Origin: a virus
Length of the DNA: 64,000 bases
IMG/VR virus record: IMGVR_UViG_3300010885_050383
Location: 9,876 to 73,875 of that record
Strand: one strand, 5' to 3'
Shown: piece by piece, positions 47,012 through 57,300 of the stretch
Numbering within the stretch: position 1 is the first letter of the stretch
How the letters are laid out: each line of letters opens with the position of its first letter
Notes under the pieces: generated by a model
Seen by the model: the letters and a program-made list of their open reading frames with translations, nothing else
What the model was told of the DNA's origin: nothing
Database searches by the model: none
Position numbers and translations under genes: made by a program

Positions 47012-48159
47012 TTTGATGGTTTATAATTTGGGTTAGGTACAGATACTTCTTTTCCAAGCATTACTGAAACTCCCTGTTTGGCATTTTTTGATGATGCTGA
47101 AGTATTGTCAATAACACTGACTTTATTACCACCTATAGAACCAAGCATAATATTGGAAGATTCGGGTACTATTTCTTCAAATGTAATACTAACCTTATAA
47201 GCTTCTGGTATTATTCTTCCGTATGTTGAATTATTTAAAGTACCAGCATTACCTGCATATGAACCTGTATGCATAAATCTCGTAGTTCCTATAGATTGAA
47301 CATCAAAACTACTTACAAAAGCTGCTGGCATATAAATACCTCCCCTACCCGGAGATTCTATTGTATAAATTTTAGGAGGTATAAAACTTAAAAATGATGT
47401 TCTCATTTTTAAGTTTTGTAGTTGAAATAAATTAACAAAATCAAAGTTTTCAATTGCACTTTTTTCATCTAAAGTATTATATAACGGAAAAGAAATTGTT
47501 AGTGTTTTGGCATTTGTACTAGAATATGTGACAATATCTTCCAAACCAAGCCCAGAACCTACAATTTCGTTTTGAAAAAACTTTCCAGTTTTATTTAATC
47601 CGCCAAAATTTATTTTCTTTTTCTCTTTATCTTTATCTTTTGTGGTTGGATCTTTTTTTGAATGAAAATCTATTATTGATCCTGCTGTTTCTATTAGACC
47701 TTCGACAGCACCCGTAAAATCCGTGAAAGCAGATGCAATATTATTTCTTTTCCAAACATTTGTTGTTTTTCCCCTTATACTAGCACCAGAATTTATTAAA
47801 TGTGGAAAAACATATGTAAAACCTGTTTCATGTGCTCCATATATTTTTGCATACGGATCATTAGGATCTAGGTCATTTGTAAAATTATTATTTCCAGCAA
47901 AATTAAAAAACTTGTCCATTAATGCAACGGTATTAGAAATTATCTGACCGAAATTTAATTCCCATTCCTTTGCTATAACATAAGGAACTTCATCAACATA
48001 TCCTCCCGCTGCATTCCAGTTAAATTTTTCTAATATATCAACATATCCACCATTAGAACCGGGTGTTACGGATACATAGACAAACCCAGCAGAACCATTT
48101 GGATCTTTTCCGTTTATTATTTCTGCACTATATAAACTTGTATTAACTGTATTACTCAT
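47008..48159 (-). CDS. baseplate/tail-tube initiator-like protein (gp48/54-type)
   Basis: 'LTISFPLYNT','PPKIYTI','AFVSSFDV','VSITFEEI' tube-initiator-like pattern; position in baseplate block. Confidence 0.5.
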   Translation of the reverse strand: MSNTVNTSLYSAEIINGKDPNGSAGFVYVSVTPGSNGGYVDILEKFNWNAAGGYVDEVPYVIAKEWELNFGQIISNTVALMDKFFNFAGNNNFTNDLDPNDPYAKIYGAHETGFTYVFPHLINSGASIRGKTTNVWKRNNIASAFTDFTGAVEGLIETAGSIIDFHSKKDPTTKDKDKEKKKINFGGLNKTGKFFQNEIVGSGLGLEDIVTYSSTNAKTLTISFPLYNTLDEKSAIENFDFVNLFQLQNLKMRTSFLSFIPPKIYTIESPGRGGIYMPAAFVSSFDVQSIGTTRFMHTGSYAGNAGTLNNSTYGRIIPEAYKVSITFEEIVPESSNIMLGSIGGNKVSVIDNTSASSKNAKQGVSVMLGKEVSVPNPNYKPSK

Positions 48160-48164
48160 AAAAA

Positions 48165-49661
48165 TTAAAAACGGGTTCCTCCTCTTAGTTTATGTCTAAA
48201 GCTTTCTATATTAGAACCACCAGTAACATAAATGTGTTGCGTAGAGGAAGAAGACGAAGAACCACCATCTATTATATTTACATCACCGCCACCCGCACCA
48301 CCTTGATTTTGTATAATTTCTTTCAAGTCCTTTAAATGTTGATTAGTTTCATTATTATTTTGATTCTGAATCGGTGTAGGAATCGGAGGAGGTATGATTG
48401 GACTTGGCGTAGGTTTTAAAATTATAGGTTTCGGGGGTTGTATTTTGGGAATTTGTGTTGGTGTTGGTGGAATAACCGAAGGAATAACAGAATATTTAGG
48501 TGCTGTTACGTTAGGAGGGGTAGTTTTTGGACCCAAATGTATGTTATATCCACCAAATTCTGGGTTATATGATTTATCTTTTGTATAACCTAAAGTAGCA
48601 GGATTTTTTGATTCGTCTCCCAAAACATATAATTTATTTGTTTCTGAATCTTGAACTATACCTGTTCCAGACGATAAATTCTGTGAATCATTTGGATTAA
48701 TTTCTTCTGGAATATTAAAAGATCCATCTGAATTTTGAGTTGTATTATTTTGTTCTGGTGTTGGTGCAGGAATTGGTGCAGGAATTGGTGCAGGAATTGG
48801 TGCAGGTAAATTGGAACCTTCTTTTCCCTTATCTTTATTTTCTCCTGTTTTATTTCCTTTTCCAGCCCCCTCTTTCCTATGTTCTGCAATCATATGATCA
48901 ATGATACTTTGAGCAGCTAAATCACCAGCTATAGCTAATGGATTATCTCCTGATAATAGTGTTGCAAAATCTATCCCCGCTTCAAGTCCTTTAAATCCCA
49001 TAGAATAATAATCCCCCTTCATTCCATAATAACCAGCCTGAATTAAATCCAAAGTACCCCCCACACCGGGTATTTTTTTTAAAGCAGTTTTATAACCACC
49101 TTTTATTGCAGCTTTAAGACCTTTTTTTGACGAAGTTTTACCAAAATTCCAAGCTTCACTAATATATTTATAAATATCAAATTGGGAAACAAAACCTTCT
49201 GGAGAATTTACTTTATAACCAATTTTATCTCCTTGTCCACTCGTAATTCCCTTAGCATCTGTATATTCTGCCCCTAAAGATTCTGCCATAGAAAAAGTCA
49301 TTGGACCACCTAAAAAAGCTTTTGAAAGCATACCACCTCCACCAGACATAAAAGATGCTAATTTATTTGCTGCGATTAAAACAGTTAAAGCCTCTGCTGC
49401 GGATTCTATATAAGGATTGTTTATTTTGCCAAATACTTTGTCGGCAGACTTATAAACAGTCTGTGGTACTATTTTAGGATTTTCTGTAAAAAAATTTGTA
49501 AAATTGCTTGTATCACTTACACCTTCTTTTTTGTTAGAAGGTTTGAGATTTGAATTATCTCCATTAACATTCGATGCCAATAAAGGTTCATCTTTTTTTA
49601 AAGTTGGATCTTTTGCTGGTAAAATTTTTAAGTATTCTAATTGTTCTGGAGTGAATTCCAT
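48165..49661 (-). CDS. tail-associated protein, possibly gp29/tape-measure-related, with Pro-rich region
   Basis: 'KKIPGVGG..DL....Y..KGDY' hydrophobic Gly/Ala helical block; position after the gp26-like genes. Confidence 0.4.
   Translation of the reverse strand: MEFTPEQLEYLKILPAKDPTLKKDEPLLASNVNGDNSNLKPSNKKEGVSDTSNFTNFFTENPKIVPQTVYKSADKVFGKINNPYIESAAEALTVLIAANKLASFMSGGGGMLSKAFLGGPMTFSMAESLGAEYTDAKGITSGQGDKIGYKVNSPEGFVSQFDIYKYISEAWNFGKTSSKKGLKAAIKGGYKTALKKIPGVGGTLDLIQAGYYGMKGDYYSMGFKGLEAGIDFATLLSGDNPLAIAGDLAAQSIIDHMIAEHRKEGAGKGNKTGENKDKGKEGSNLPAPIPAPIPAPIPAPTPEQNNTTQNSDGSFNIPEEINPNDSQNLSSGTGIVQDSETNKLYVLGDESKNPATLGYTKDKSYNPEFGGYNIHLGPKTTPPNVTAPKYSVIPSVIPPTPTQIPKIQPPKPIILKPTPSPIIPPPIPTPIQNQNNNETNQHLKDLKEIIQNQGGAGGGDVNIIDGGSSSSSSTQHIYVTGGSNIESFRHKLRGGTRF
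48761..48806. repeat. 12-bp tandem repeat (TTGGTGCAGGAA x ~3.8) encoding PAPI repeats
   Basis: Seen directly. Confidence 0.9.
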
Positions 49662-49693
49662 ACAGATACTTAATCTATATACATTCTTTTAAA

Positions 49694-50494
49694 TCAATTA
49701 ATCAAAAACAAAAAAGCATCAATTTTTATAATTTTTTCTATATTTTCAAAGTTTACAGTACAAATTTTCTCTATCTTGGATTTCCAATCCATTGTCTTGT
49801 CTAAAATATTTTTAATCAAAGAAGCTGGCAATTTTTCAACTACTTTTATTTTGTTATCAATACTTAAATCGTTATAATTAAACAAGTTATCATTAATTTT
49901 TATTTCTTTTATATTTTTTGCAACTTCATTTAAAAAAGCACTACCTACTATATTTTTATATTTTTCAAGCTCATCAGTTTCTTTATTCGATTTAAAAATT
50001 GAAATATCAAAATTAGAATCTTCTTGTATTGTAGCAGGTTTTATATCAACCTCTATCTTCACAGAATCTAATACATGAGTTATTGTTTCTTCTTCTGGAT
50101 GTTCAAAACTTTTAAATTTTTCTAATATATCATCGATATTTATATCAGCCTCAATTTTTGGGGTCTCCTGAAAAACTATTTTTATTGTATCTGAAAGTTG
50201 TTTCCTTATATAAAAAGCCAAACAAACTTTATCAATGACTGTTAAATGTTTTACAACATTGGGTTCCTCTAAACAATTTTCAGAAATTATATCAAATAAA
50301 GTTTTTGAAAATGGACTTTTTTCTTCAATTACATCGAAAACACTTTCTATAATATTTCTTTGTTGTTTCGTATTTAGTTCTTTTAATTTTATAGTTTTAT
50401 TTAAAGAAGGAACCCAAGCATCTGTCAAAAATACTTCTTTCGACAAAGTGTCCAAAATAGATAAAGCATCATTAAAGTTTAAATTTTCTGTCAT
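49694..50494 (-). CDS. baseplate hub assembly protein gp26-like (paralogue 2)
   Basis: 'VPSLNKTIKLKELNTKQQR.I','LTVIDK....YIR..', 'K..VE.LP'. Confidence 0.6.
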   Translation of the reverse strand: MTENLNFNDALSILDTLSKEVFLTDAWVPSLNKTIKLKELNTKQQRNIIESVFDVIEEKSPFSKTLFDIISENCLEEPNVVKHLTVIDKVCLAFYIRKQLSDTIKIVFQETPKIEADINIDDILEKFKSFEHPEEETITHVLDSVKIEVDIKPATIQEDSNFDISIFKSNKETDELEKYKNIVGSAFLNEVAKNIKEIKINDNLFNYNDLSIDNKIKVVEKLPASLIKNILDKTMDWKSKIEKICTVNFENIEKIIKIDAFLFLIN

Positions 50495-50513
50495 GTTATT
50501 TATAATTACTCAC

Positions 50514-51455
50514 CTATCCACCAAATTCATGCATTAGTTTTTCTAACGAAGTACTACCTACTGGTATGTCTATAGAATCATTACTTTTTGTGTTTATTTT
50601 AAATTCCTCTTCTACCATTGAACAATAAACTGTTTTGTCAGAGACCGACATATTATCAACATACGAAAGATTTATACCCTTTGAAGCAAGTAAATAATAA
50701 TTTTGGTATATAGATTTTAAATCATTAGAAAATATCAATCTCAAAAAATGAAAATATGAAGAATCATAAAAACTAAATCTAAACCAATTCATATTTTCTA
50801 TATTAAAAAGATTTTTATCTACTAGTATTTTTAAAGTAGATAAAATTTTATTTTGTATTTTTGTTTGTATACTAATAGGTAATTTTTTAAAAATTTCTTC
50901 TTTTTCATTTATATTAAAATTTTTGAAATCTATAAATGTATTTTCATTTATTATTATGTTTTCTATAAATTCGGATATCGTTGGTAAAATATTTTTTTTA
51001 CTTTCCAACAAAAGAAATTTTGTTTTTATATTAGGCCAGTTTAATTTTATTTTTAGATTTTTATTTTTTATTACACTATCAAATTTTGTTTCGATAATAG
51101 TTTCATATAAATTTTTCATAAAATTTTCTAAATTTACAGTATTTTTAATTTTCATTCCATCTTCTGAAACTTCATTAAATTCTAATTCTAAATTATTTCC
51201 AATACTTAAAATTCTTAATTTAGTTAAAAACAAAATATAATCTACTAAATTTAATTTATAAAAATCTTCTTTGTTTTCTACACAATTTATTATTATTTTT
51301 TCCATTGCGGTTATGAAATCTTCATTATTATCTTCACCAAAAGGATAAAGAACTGCAATTTTAGACAGCAAGAGTTCTTCTTTTGTATTAATTTCCCTAT
51401 AAAATAATTTTATTTTAGAAAAAGGAAGTTCTACTGAATGTAAAAAATATTCCAT
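50514..51455 (-). CDS. gp26-like protein with fused gp51-like C-terminus
   Basis: 'VELPFSK..L.YRE...KEE..L','LNLVD..LFL.KLR.LSIG'; C-terminal 'LKSIYQNYYLL....LSYVDNMS..DK.VY..MV.EE'. Confidence 0.6.
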   Translation of the reverse strand: MEYFLHSVELPFSKIKLFYREINTKEELLLSKIAVLYPFGEDNNEDFITAMEKIIINCVENKEDFYKLNLVDYILFLTKLRILSIGNNLELEFNEVSEDGMKIKNTVNLENFMKNLYETIIETKFDSVIKNKNLKIKLNWPNIKTKFLLLESKKNILPTISEFIENIIINENTFIDFKNFNINEKEEIFKKLPISIQTKIQNKILSTLKILVDKNLFNIENMNWFRFSFYDSSYFHFLRLIFSNDLKSIYQNYYLLASKGINLSYVDNMSVSDKTVYCSMVEEEFKINTKSNDSIDIPVGSTSLEKLMHEFGG

Positions 51456-51486
51456 TATTATATCTTACCAAAAGAAACAATTTATT

Positions 51487-52203
51487 CTATGAAATTACTA
51501 CATCGTTTATCTGTGGTGGATTTCTGACCACATATCTATCGTAGATAAAATCTACTTTAGAATATTGTAAATCTTCTGACTGATAACGATTTTCCATACC
51601 TTGAACATTTACAGGGGCAACATTAAAAAATCTAAATACTTTTCTTACTATGGAAGGACTAACTGGACCAGTTCTTCCTAAATAGTATATATCTACCCAA
51701 TCTGCTTTGACCGCCCTATCACCAGAATCTCTTGCTATTAAACCAAAATAACCAACATTTACTATCCAAGGTCTAATTATAAAATCTATAAAAGAACTAT
51801 TAGTTTCATTAAATGTCATAGAAAAATTTTTATATTTATTTCTTGTATTAGCTGTTGCAGGAGCTTGATACCCACCGTAATCTAAACCATTATTACCAGC
51901 ATTTATTCCATCTGAAGGAACAGTTACATTTCTTAAAAAAACACAACCTATTAAATTTTCTATACCATCTTGGTTTGTTTTTGAAACTAAGTTTTCTACA
52001 ATATTATTTGGTAAATTCCAATCACTAGATGATGTATTTTCACTTCCAGAACCCGTGTCATATTTGTTGATGTTTTTAAAATTATTTTTGATAACCCCAA
52101 CACTATCAAAATTTATAACAGCAAACCATTGACTTTGAGGAGCAATGGCAGTAGGCCAATTGCTTAATATTTGGTTATAATACTGATAAGGACTTGTTGC
52201 CAT
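51487..52203 (-). CDS. tail tube-fold protein (gp19/gp54-like)
   Basis: 'NVTVPS','FSMTFNET','PW','FRFFNVAPVNV','VDFIYDRY'. Confidence 0.6.
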   Translation of the reverse strand: MATSPYQYYNQILSNWPTAIAPQSQWFAVINFDSVGVIKNNFKNINKYDTGSGSENTSSSDWNLPNNIVENLVSKTNQDGIENLIGCVFLRNVTVPSDGINAGNNGLDYGGYQAPATANTRNKYKNFSMTFNETNSSFIDFIIRPWIVNVGYFGLIARDSGDRAVKADWVDIYYLGRTGPVSPSIVRKVFRFFNVAPVNVQGMENRYQSEDLQYSKVDFIYDRYVVRNPPQINDVVIS

Positions 52204-52237
52204 TTAGAATACTTATTCTAAACAGAGGCTTTAACCT

Positions 52238-52783
52238 TTAGGGAATTAAGAAATTTGTCCAATATTGATAAGCAATGGTAGCTGTTGTTTCGACAAGCTT
52301 GCCATCCTCTGTTGTATTAAGTTCAAAAGTTCCAAGTTTTTGGAGATAAGCACCAACCAATGTATATCCAGAAATTACCCCACCTGTTTTATCCATAAGA
52401 GCAAGGTTTACAGTTCCTAAACTTCCTGCTCCGTATGATCCTGTACTGGTAGCATCATCAAATATAGAACGTGACCATACTTCAAGTTTATTACGAACTT
52501 GAAGATCTTGACCAACTCTAAATTTGACTTGCCACCCTTCACTACCGGGGTAGGTTGCTGTTCCGGGTATATTAAATTTAAGACCCATAAAAGGAGTTGA
52601 AATATTACTAATTTCTCTACTTGGAAGTGTTGTAGATGTGATATAAACCAAGTCCGTCGGATCGAACGTTACTACTGGTGTTGTAATGTTAACAACACGA
52701 AATAGATTAGTACGAGCGAAGTCTTTATTAATTGCATTCTGAAAAAATGCATTGATGTCTTGGTTTGCGAATAAGTTTCCCAT
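52238..52783 (-). CDS. gp19: major tail tube protein (gp19-like)
   Basis: 'FARTNLFRV','TLPSR','PFMG....PG..TY','W.V.F','R.KLE.W','TIAYQYW'; directly after the sheath. Confidence 0.85.
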   Translation of the reverse strand: MGNLFANQDINAFFQNAINKDFARTNLFRVVNITTPVVTFDPTDLVYITSTTLPSREISNISTPFMGLKFNIPGTATYPGSEGWQVKFRVGQDLQVRNKLEVWSRSIFDDATSTGSYGAGSLGTVNLALMDKTGGVISGYTLVGAYLQKLGTFELNTTEDGKLVETTATIAYQYWTNFLIP

Positions 52784-52823
52784 ATGTTTTAAATATTTAT
52801 CTTAGTGTTGATCAATTGATTCA

Positions 52824-55115
52824 TTAAAATGTACCTTGTGCGATAATTTCATTGAAGTTTACTCCAGTTTGTGTTGCGATGAAGTCACAGAGAATAAATT
52901 CTGCGGTTCTTACTGGCTGGATATAAATTGATACGTTAAGTTGATTATTATCAACAACTGCTGGTGGGTTGTTACGACCATCACAGACAATTTGATAAGC
53001 ATAGCAACCATTAGTATTCAATGCTTGATTGAAGATCGGTGTTAATACATTAATCAAACGAGTTTGTGTTGTGTAATTGTTAGGCTCAAACACAAAATAT
53101 TGAAGAGCACGTTTTGTAGCTTTTTCAAGAACCAAGAATAGTCTTCTTACATTAATTCTGTCGAATGCAGAAGGGAAGGTATATAAGGTTTTTTGACCAT
53201 ATACTACGATTCCTTCTCCGGGGAATACTGCAATTGGGTTCTGATTAATCTTGTAAAGAAGATCTCTTTGCTTCTGTGTTGGATTAATTGCAATATCAAG
53301 AACATTTGTAAGAGTTCCACGGCTATATCCTGCTGGTGCATCCCAAGGATTACCATTTTGAGCACCACTTGCAATTAATGATCCTATCCATGCAGAAGAT
53401 GGAACCCATACATTCTGGTTTGACCATGCATCATTAATGAGCAACCAGTTAGCATACGATGCAGCATAGCTAGTTGTGTTAGCAGCATAGAGGTTCTGTA
53501 AAGGCCAATAAACTTGCTGTGAGAAGTTATAATTAGGTGTTGAAGATACTTTTGTATTAGGCCCTTGAATAAAAATACTACGAATAGGATCGGCAATGAA
53601 AATGTGATCTTGTCTTGTATTTTGTGCAAATGCAATAAACTGAGTAGCAATAGCCTGATAGTTATTGTAAGTTGATCCTCCTACAATTCCTTGTTGTTGT
53701 GTTTGTAGCACACTTGTATCAATAGGAAGAGTTTCATCAAACAAGTATGCACCATTCCATGAACTGTTTGCAGATTGTGAAGCAGCATATGTATTCGCTC
53801 CAGCCCAAATAGTTCCAAGACCTGCCTCACAAACTACATCAAGTGATTGATTAAGATTGTCTAGGTTAGTAAGAATATTTTGAAGCTTGAGAGGAATATT
53901 TCCAACATCATTAGCTGTTGTGCTTGTAGTAGGAATATAAACACCTTCGGAGTAAAGGTTATAAGCAGATTGATCTACTCTTACAGTTTTTGCTGTTGAT
54001 CCATCTGGATTTGTCCATGTTCCTAATGTAGAAATGTAAGGATTTACAATAACTTTAATGTCACTGGATTGTTGATTAGCTATATTTTGTAAGCTAAATG
54101 TAACAGGGGTTCCTCCGAGTGGGTTATTTTGGGTTCTGTTTGCATACAATGAACCAGTGTAACCTTCATTTACATTTGCTGTAAGAACAACCGAGTTTTG
54201 AGCATATATTGAAGTTTTAATATTAAACACCATGAGTGTTAAAGAATCATTGTAGAAAGGAGAACCAAAATTATATTGAGTTGGATATTGCTCAATGATT
54301 TGGGAAATACTCGTTCCACCAGCAGAGAATGATTGTGTTAAACTAATGTTTAAACGTGAAGGAGGAACAGTTGTAAATATCTGTGCAGTTGCACCACTAG
54401 TAGTATATACAAGTGTATTTGCTGCTTGAATTCCTGTATTAGAATTAAAGTTTGTAGCAGGATTTGCATTGGAATTATCACAAAGTCCGATATAATAACC
54501 TTGATAAAGGTCATCAACCGATACTTTTGCAGAATTAATTACAATTAAACCACCAAGATTTTGTAAATCCGTGAAAGTTTGGATTGCGGATGTAGGAATA
54601 TTGCCTCCTGTCCAAAAACCAGTAGATCCGTTAGAAGCCGTATAGGTTTGTTGTGCAAGTAATCCAGTAGACCATGTACCACCATTTTCTACAAGAGTTG
54701 TATATTGAGCATCTGTTAAAAGAATAGAAGCAGGAGGATAAACTCTGAAGGAACTTGCGGCAGCATATGTGCTGGCGTTTGCAGAAATAGGATAAACAAG
54801 AGCAGTATATGTGTTAGAATAACCAGCACCAGCAGCAGATCCATAAGGCATTCTAGTTACTAAAAGATTAGCAGGAGAGTTATTTAAAAGCTGTCTTGCA
54901 GACTGATAGAGATAACGTTCAGCAGCATTTGTAGGAGTACCAAAAACGGTTTCAAAGTTACTAATACTAGTGATATTTGTAACTTGATTAGTAGGCCCCT
55001 GTTTAGAAAATCCTGTGATAAACACGTTCGTTGAACCAGTGACTAAATTAGAAATTTGTGAAAGATCAACTTCATTGATCTGTACTCCGGGCGATGCTAG
55101 GGTTATTGTTGACAT
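52824..55115 (-). CDS. gp18: contractile tail sheath protein (gp18-like)
   Basis: 'SPGVQINEVDLS','GP','FG.P','PWDAPAG..RG','RD.LY...NPI','GQKTL','FDRINVRRLF','FEPN','P.R.AEFI'. Confidence 0.95.
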   Translation of the reverse strand: MSTITLASPGVQINEVDLSQISNLVTGSTNVFITGFSKQGPTNQVTNITSISNFETVFGTPTNAAERYLYQSARQLLNNSPANLLVTRMPYGSAAGAGYSNTYTALVYPISANASTYAAASSFRVYPPASILLTDAQYTTLVENGGTWSTGLLAQQTYTASNGSTGFWTGGNIPTSAIQTFTDLQNLGGLIVINSAKVSVDDLYQGYYIGLCDNSNANPATNFNSNTGIQAANTLVYTTSGATAQIFTTVPPSRLNISLTQSFSAGGTSISQIIEQYPTQYNFGSPFYNDSLTLMVFNIKTSIYAQNSVVLTANVNEGYTGSLYANRTQNNPLGGTPVTFSLQNIANQQSSDIKVIVNPYISTLGTWTNPDGSTAKTVRVDQSAYNLYSEGVYIPTTSTTANDVGNIPLKLQNILTNLDNLNQSLDVVCEAGLGTIWAGANTYAASQSANSSWNGAYLFDETLPIDTSVLQTQQQGIVGGSTYNNYQAIATQFIAFAQNTRQDHIFIADPIRSIFIQGPNTKVSSTPNYNFSQQVYWPLQNLYAANTTSYAASYANWLLINDAWSNQNVWVPSSAWIGSLIASGAQNGNPWDAPAGYSRGTLTNVLDIAINPTQKQRDLLYKINQNPIAVFPGEGIVVYGQKTLYTFPSAFDRINVRRLFLVLEKATKRALQYFVFEPNNYTTQTRLINVLTPIFNQALNTNGCYAYQIVCDGRNNPPAVVDNNQLNVSIYIQPVRTAEFILCDFIATQTGVNFNEIIAQGTF

Positions 55116-55125
55116 ATTATAGTAT

Positions 55126-55131
55126 TATTTA
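55126..55131 (-). promoter_or_regulatory. late promoter-like TAAATA upstream of the sheath gene (representative of the TAA(A/G)TA family)
   Basis: Same hexamer lies 2-27 nt upstream of starts at 52783, 52203, 50494 (full TATAAATA), 49661, 46614, 39062, 59017, 59935, 60593 and others; gp55 is encoded. Confidence 0.6.
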
Positions 55132-55207
55132 CCTTTCTTTGATATCGAATTGATTAATATTTTTTTTATTTGTTGAAAAATAAGTATCTGATATAATTAT
55201 ATATAAG

Positions 55208-55615
55208 ATGAGCAAGTTTACAAAAATAATCCAAAAAACATTAGATCAACTAAATGAAACAAATGCAGATGGAACAGAGAACTCTGGACCATATAACGGT
55301 GGAGTTTCTGTGAATACTAACGCACCAAACAAAAATAAACCAGAAGCAGGAAACGAAGGTGTTTCAGATCCTAACAACCCTCTTCACACAGCTTTTGATA
55401 AAATTAAACAAAACCCCGAAAGTCCTGCACTTTCAGATGATGAACACGATGCCTTACAAGGTCTTGCCAAATCTTTAGACGATGTAAAAAATTCTTCAAA
55501 CGAAGAATCTGATGAAGACAAACAAAAAGCAAGCTCTTCGGGTGGACAAGTACAAAATACTGTTGTATCTGGAGCCGAAACATACAAATCTTCTACGCCC
55601 GGAATTACTGGTTAA
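55208..55615 (+). CDS. acidic low-complexity protein, leader MSKFTKIIQKTLDQLNE; candidate internal head protein
   Basis: 135-aa ORF; TAAGTA at 55181-55186. Confidence 0.55.
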   Translation: MSKFTKIIQKTLDQLNETNADGTENSGPYNGGVSVNTNAPNKNKPEAGNEGVSDPNNPLHTAFDKIKQNPESPALSDDEHDALQGLAKSLDDVKNSSNEESDEDKQKASSSGGQVQNTVVSGAETYKSSTPGITG

Positions 55616-55649
55616 TTAGAACTTAAATACGATAAGTATTTAAAATATT

Positions 55650-56558
55650 ATGGGTAAAAAACCCCACTCCAAAAGGGAGTCCTCCAGAAAACAATCTGGT
55701 AGGATTCATCACGAAACGAAGTCAGCAATCGTAGAAGCTGGAAAAACCGCAGATAATTCTCCGTATGTATTTCAAAGAGATAAAATCTCCTTCGATCTTA
55801 CTATAAAAGAACTTCCTTGGACTGATAACCAAAAAAAAATTATCGCACAATTTTTAGATAAAGAAACAAAAGTTCTTTTACTAAAAGGCCCAGCAGGTAC
55901 ATCAAAGACAACGCTTGCCATGTACTGTGGATTAACTCTTCTTAATAGAAAGAGAATCTCTGATATGGTTTTAGTAAGATCAGCAGTAGAATCTTCCGAT
56001 TCTAAACTTGGCTTCTTGCCCGGTACTCTTGATGAAAAGATTGCAGTTTATCTTACTCCCTTCCACGACAAGTTTGAAGAGCTGCTCTGTAAAGCTCAAC
56101 TTGATAAACTTCAAAAAGATAATCGTTTAACAATTTGCCCAATAAACTTTGCCAGAGGACTTCATTTTTCTGCAAAATTTGTATGTGCTGATGAAGTGCA
56201 AAACTTTTCAAGAAAAGAAATTCACACTCTCATGAGTCGCATAGGAGAATTTTCAAAAGTATTTCTTTGCGGAGATCCAGAACAATCTGATCTTCCTTAT
56301 GGGAAATCTGGATTCAATGCAGTTTATAATTTGTTTGACAACGAAGAGTCTAGAGCACAAGGTATTTTTTGCTTGGAACTAGGCGAAGAAGATATTGTTC
56401 GTTCTGAACTTTGTAAATTTATTACCCATAAGTTTAAAGAGTTACAACTTCTTAAACAACAAGAAGAAGCAAATAAACTTCAATATCATAAAGAAACTCA
56501 ACATCCACAACCAGTTACCCCAGAAAAAAGAACTTGGATTCCCTCTGAAGGTAAGTAA
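55650..56558 (+). CDS. phoH: PhoH-family ATPase
   Basis: 'GPAGTSKT','VRSAVE','LGFLPG.L.EK..YL.P','FARG','ADEVQN','RIG','GDPEQSDL','DIVRS'. Confidence 0.92.
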   Translation: MGKKPHSKRESSRKQSGRIHHETKSAIVEAGKTADNSPYVFQRDKISFDLTIKELPWTDNQKKIIAQFLDKETKVLLLKGPAGTSKTTLAMYCGLTLLNRKRISDMVLVRSAVESSDSKLGFLPGTLDEKIAVYLTPFHDKFEELLCKAQLDKLQKDNRLTICPINFARGLHFSAKFVCADEVQNFSRKEIHTLMSRIGEFSKVFLCGDPEQSDLPYGKSGFNAVYNLFDNEESRAQGIFCLELGEEDIVRSELCKFITHKFKELQLLKQQEEANKLQYHKETQHPQPVTPEKRTWIPSEGK

Positions 56559-56569
56559 ATAACTATACA

Positions 56570-56752
56570 ATGAATAATACATCATCATATGCTCAAGTAG
56601 ATAACAGACCAATTGCTTGCACCTTTTGCGGTGCTCATGTTTCTGGTCAAGTTAATCAAGTAACAAATCCCATCACCAAAGTAACGGAATCCATTTGTAG
56701 ATGGGTCTGTGCCAGATGCGGCAATCTAGTAAAAATGGGAAAAGTTTCTTAA
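56570..56752 (+). CDS. small zinc-ribbon protein
   Basis: CTFCG...W.CARCG; TAAGTA/TAAATA at 56552-56561. Confidence 0.6.
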   Translation: MNNTSSYAQVDNRPIACTFCGAHVSGQVNQVTNPITKVTESICRWVCARCGNLVKMGKVS

Positions 56753-56755
56753 ACA

Positions 56756-57253
56756 ATGGATTTAAACAGAACATTGGATGAAACCATAGAAGAAGCATAC
56801 GATGGTGCTCTTTGGAATAATCGTCAGTATGGAGCTTATAGTGAGCCTCCACGCAAAGATTATGTGCCACAGAGTTCTAGTGATGGCTATGGTTTTCCAT
56901 ACCAGAGAGGAGCACCTCCAATATCCCCTCCTACCAGTTCTGATCCCCAAAATACCCCAGAAATTCCTTGGCCTCTCCAAACAGTAACAGATGATTTTTC
57001 TGATAGTTTTGTCTATCTTGTATCCGCTTTAAAGAAAATGGAAGCTTGTTTAAGAATGAACCCAGTTCTTAAAAAAGCACAAAAACACAAACTTAAACAA
57101 TTCATAAAATACACAAAAGGTGCTTTAGCAAGAATACAAGTTGTTGGTTCTCAAATAATTCATGTCACCAATCTTGCAGGAGAACTTCCTCCACAAAATC
57201 CCGGTCATAACGGAAATCCTGTTAATACAGCAAGTAAAAATTATCTTCGATAA
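56756..57253 (+). CDS. hypothetical protein (leader MDLNRTLDETIEE)
   Basis: 165-aa ORF, Pro/Ser-rich middle. Confidence 0.55.
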   Translation: MDLNRTLDETIEEAYDGALWNNRQYGAYSEPPRKDYVPQSSSDGYGFPYQRGAPPISPPTSSDPQNTPEIPWPLQTVTDDFSDSFVYLVSALKKMEACLRMNPVLKKAQKHKLKQFIKYTKGALARIQVVGSQIIHVTNLAGELPPQNPGHNGNPVNTASKNYLR

Positions 57254-57262
57254 ATTTTTTTC

Positions 57263-57291
57263 TTGCTTTTATCAGTTATCTTTAATAATAT
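57263..57291 (+). promoter_or_regulatory. sigma70-like promoter (TTGCTT-17-TAATAT)
   Basis: Seen directly; ATG at 57301. Confidence 0.45.
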
Positions 57292-57300
57292 ATTTTCAAT

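Noticed and set aside
55116-55207. tRNA or structured ncRNA in the larger intergenic gaps (also 62627..62726)
   Set aside because: About 90-100 bp, almost pure A/T, explained by divergent promoters; no cloverleaf or stable stems
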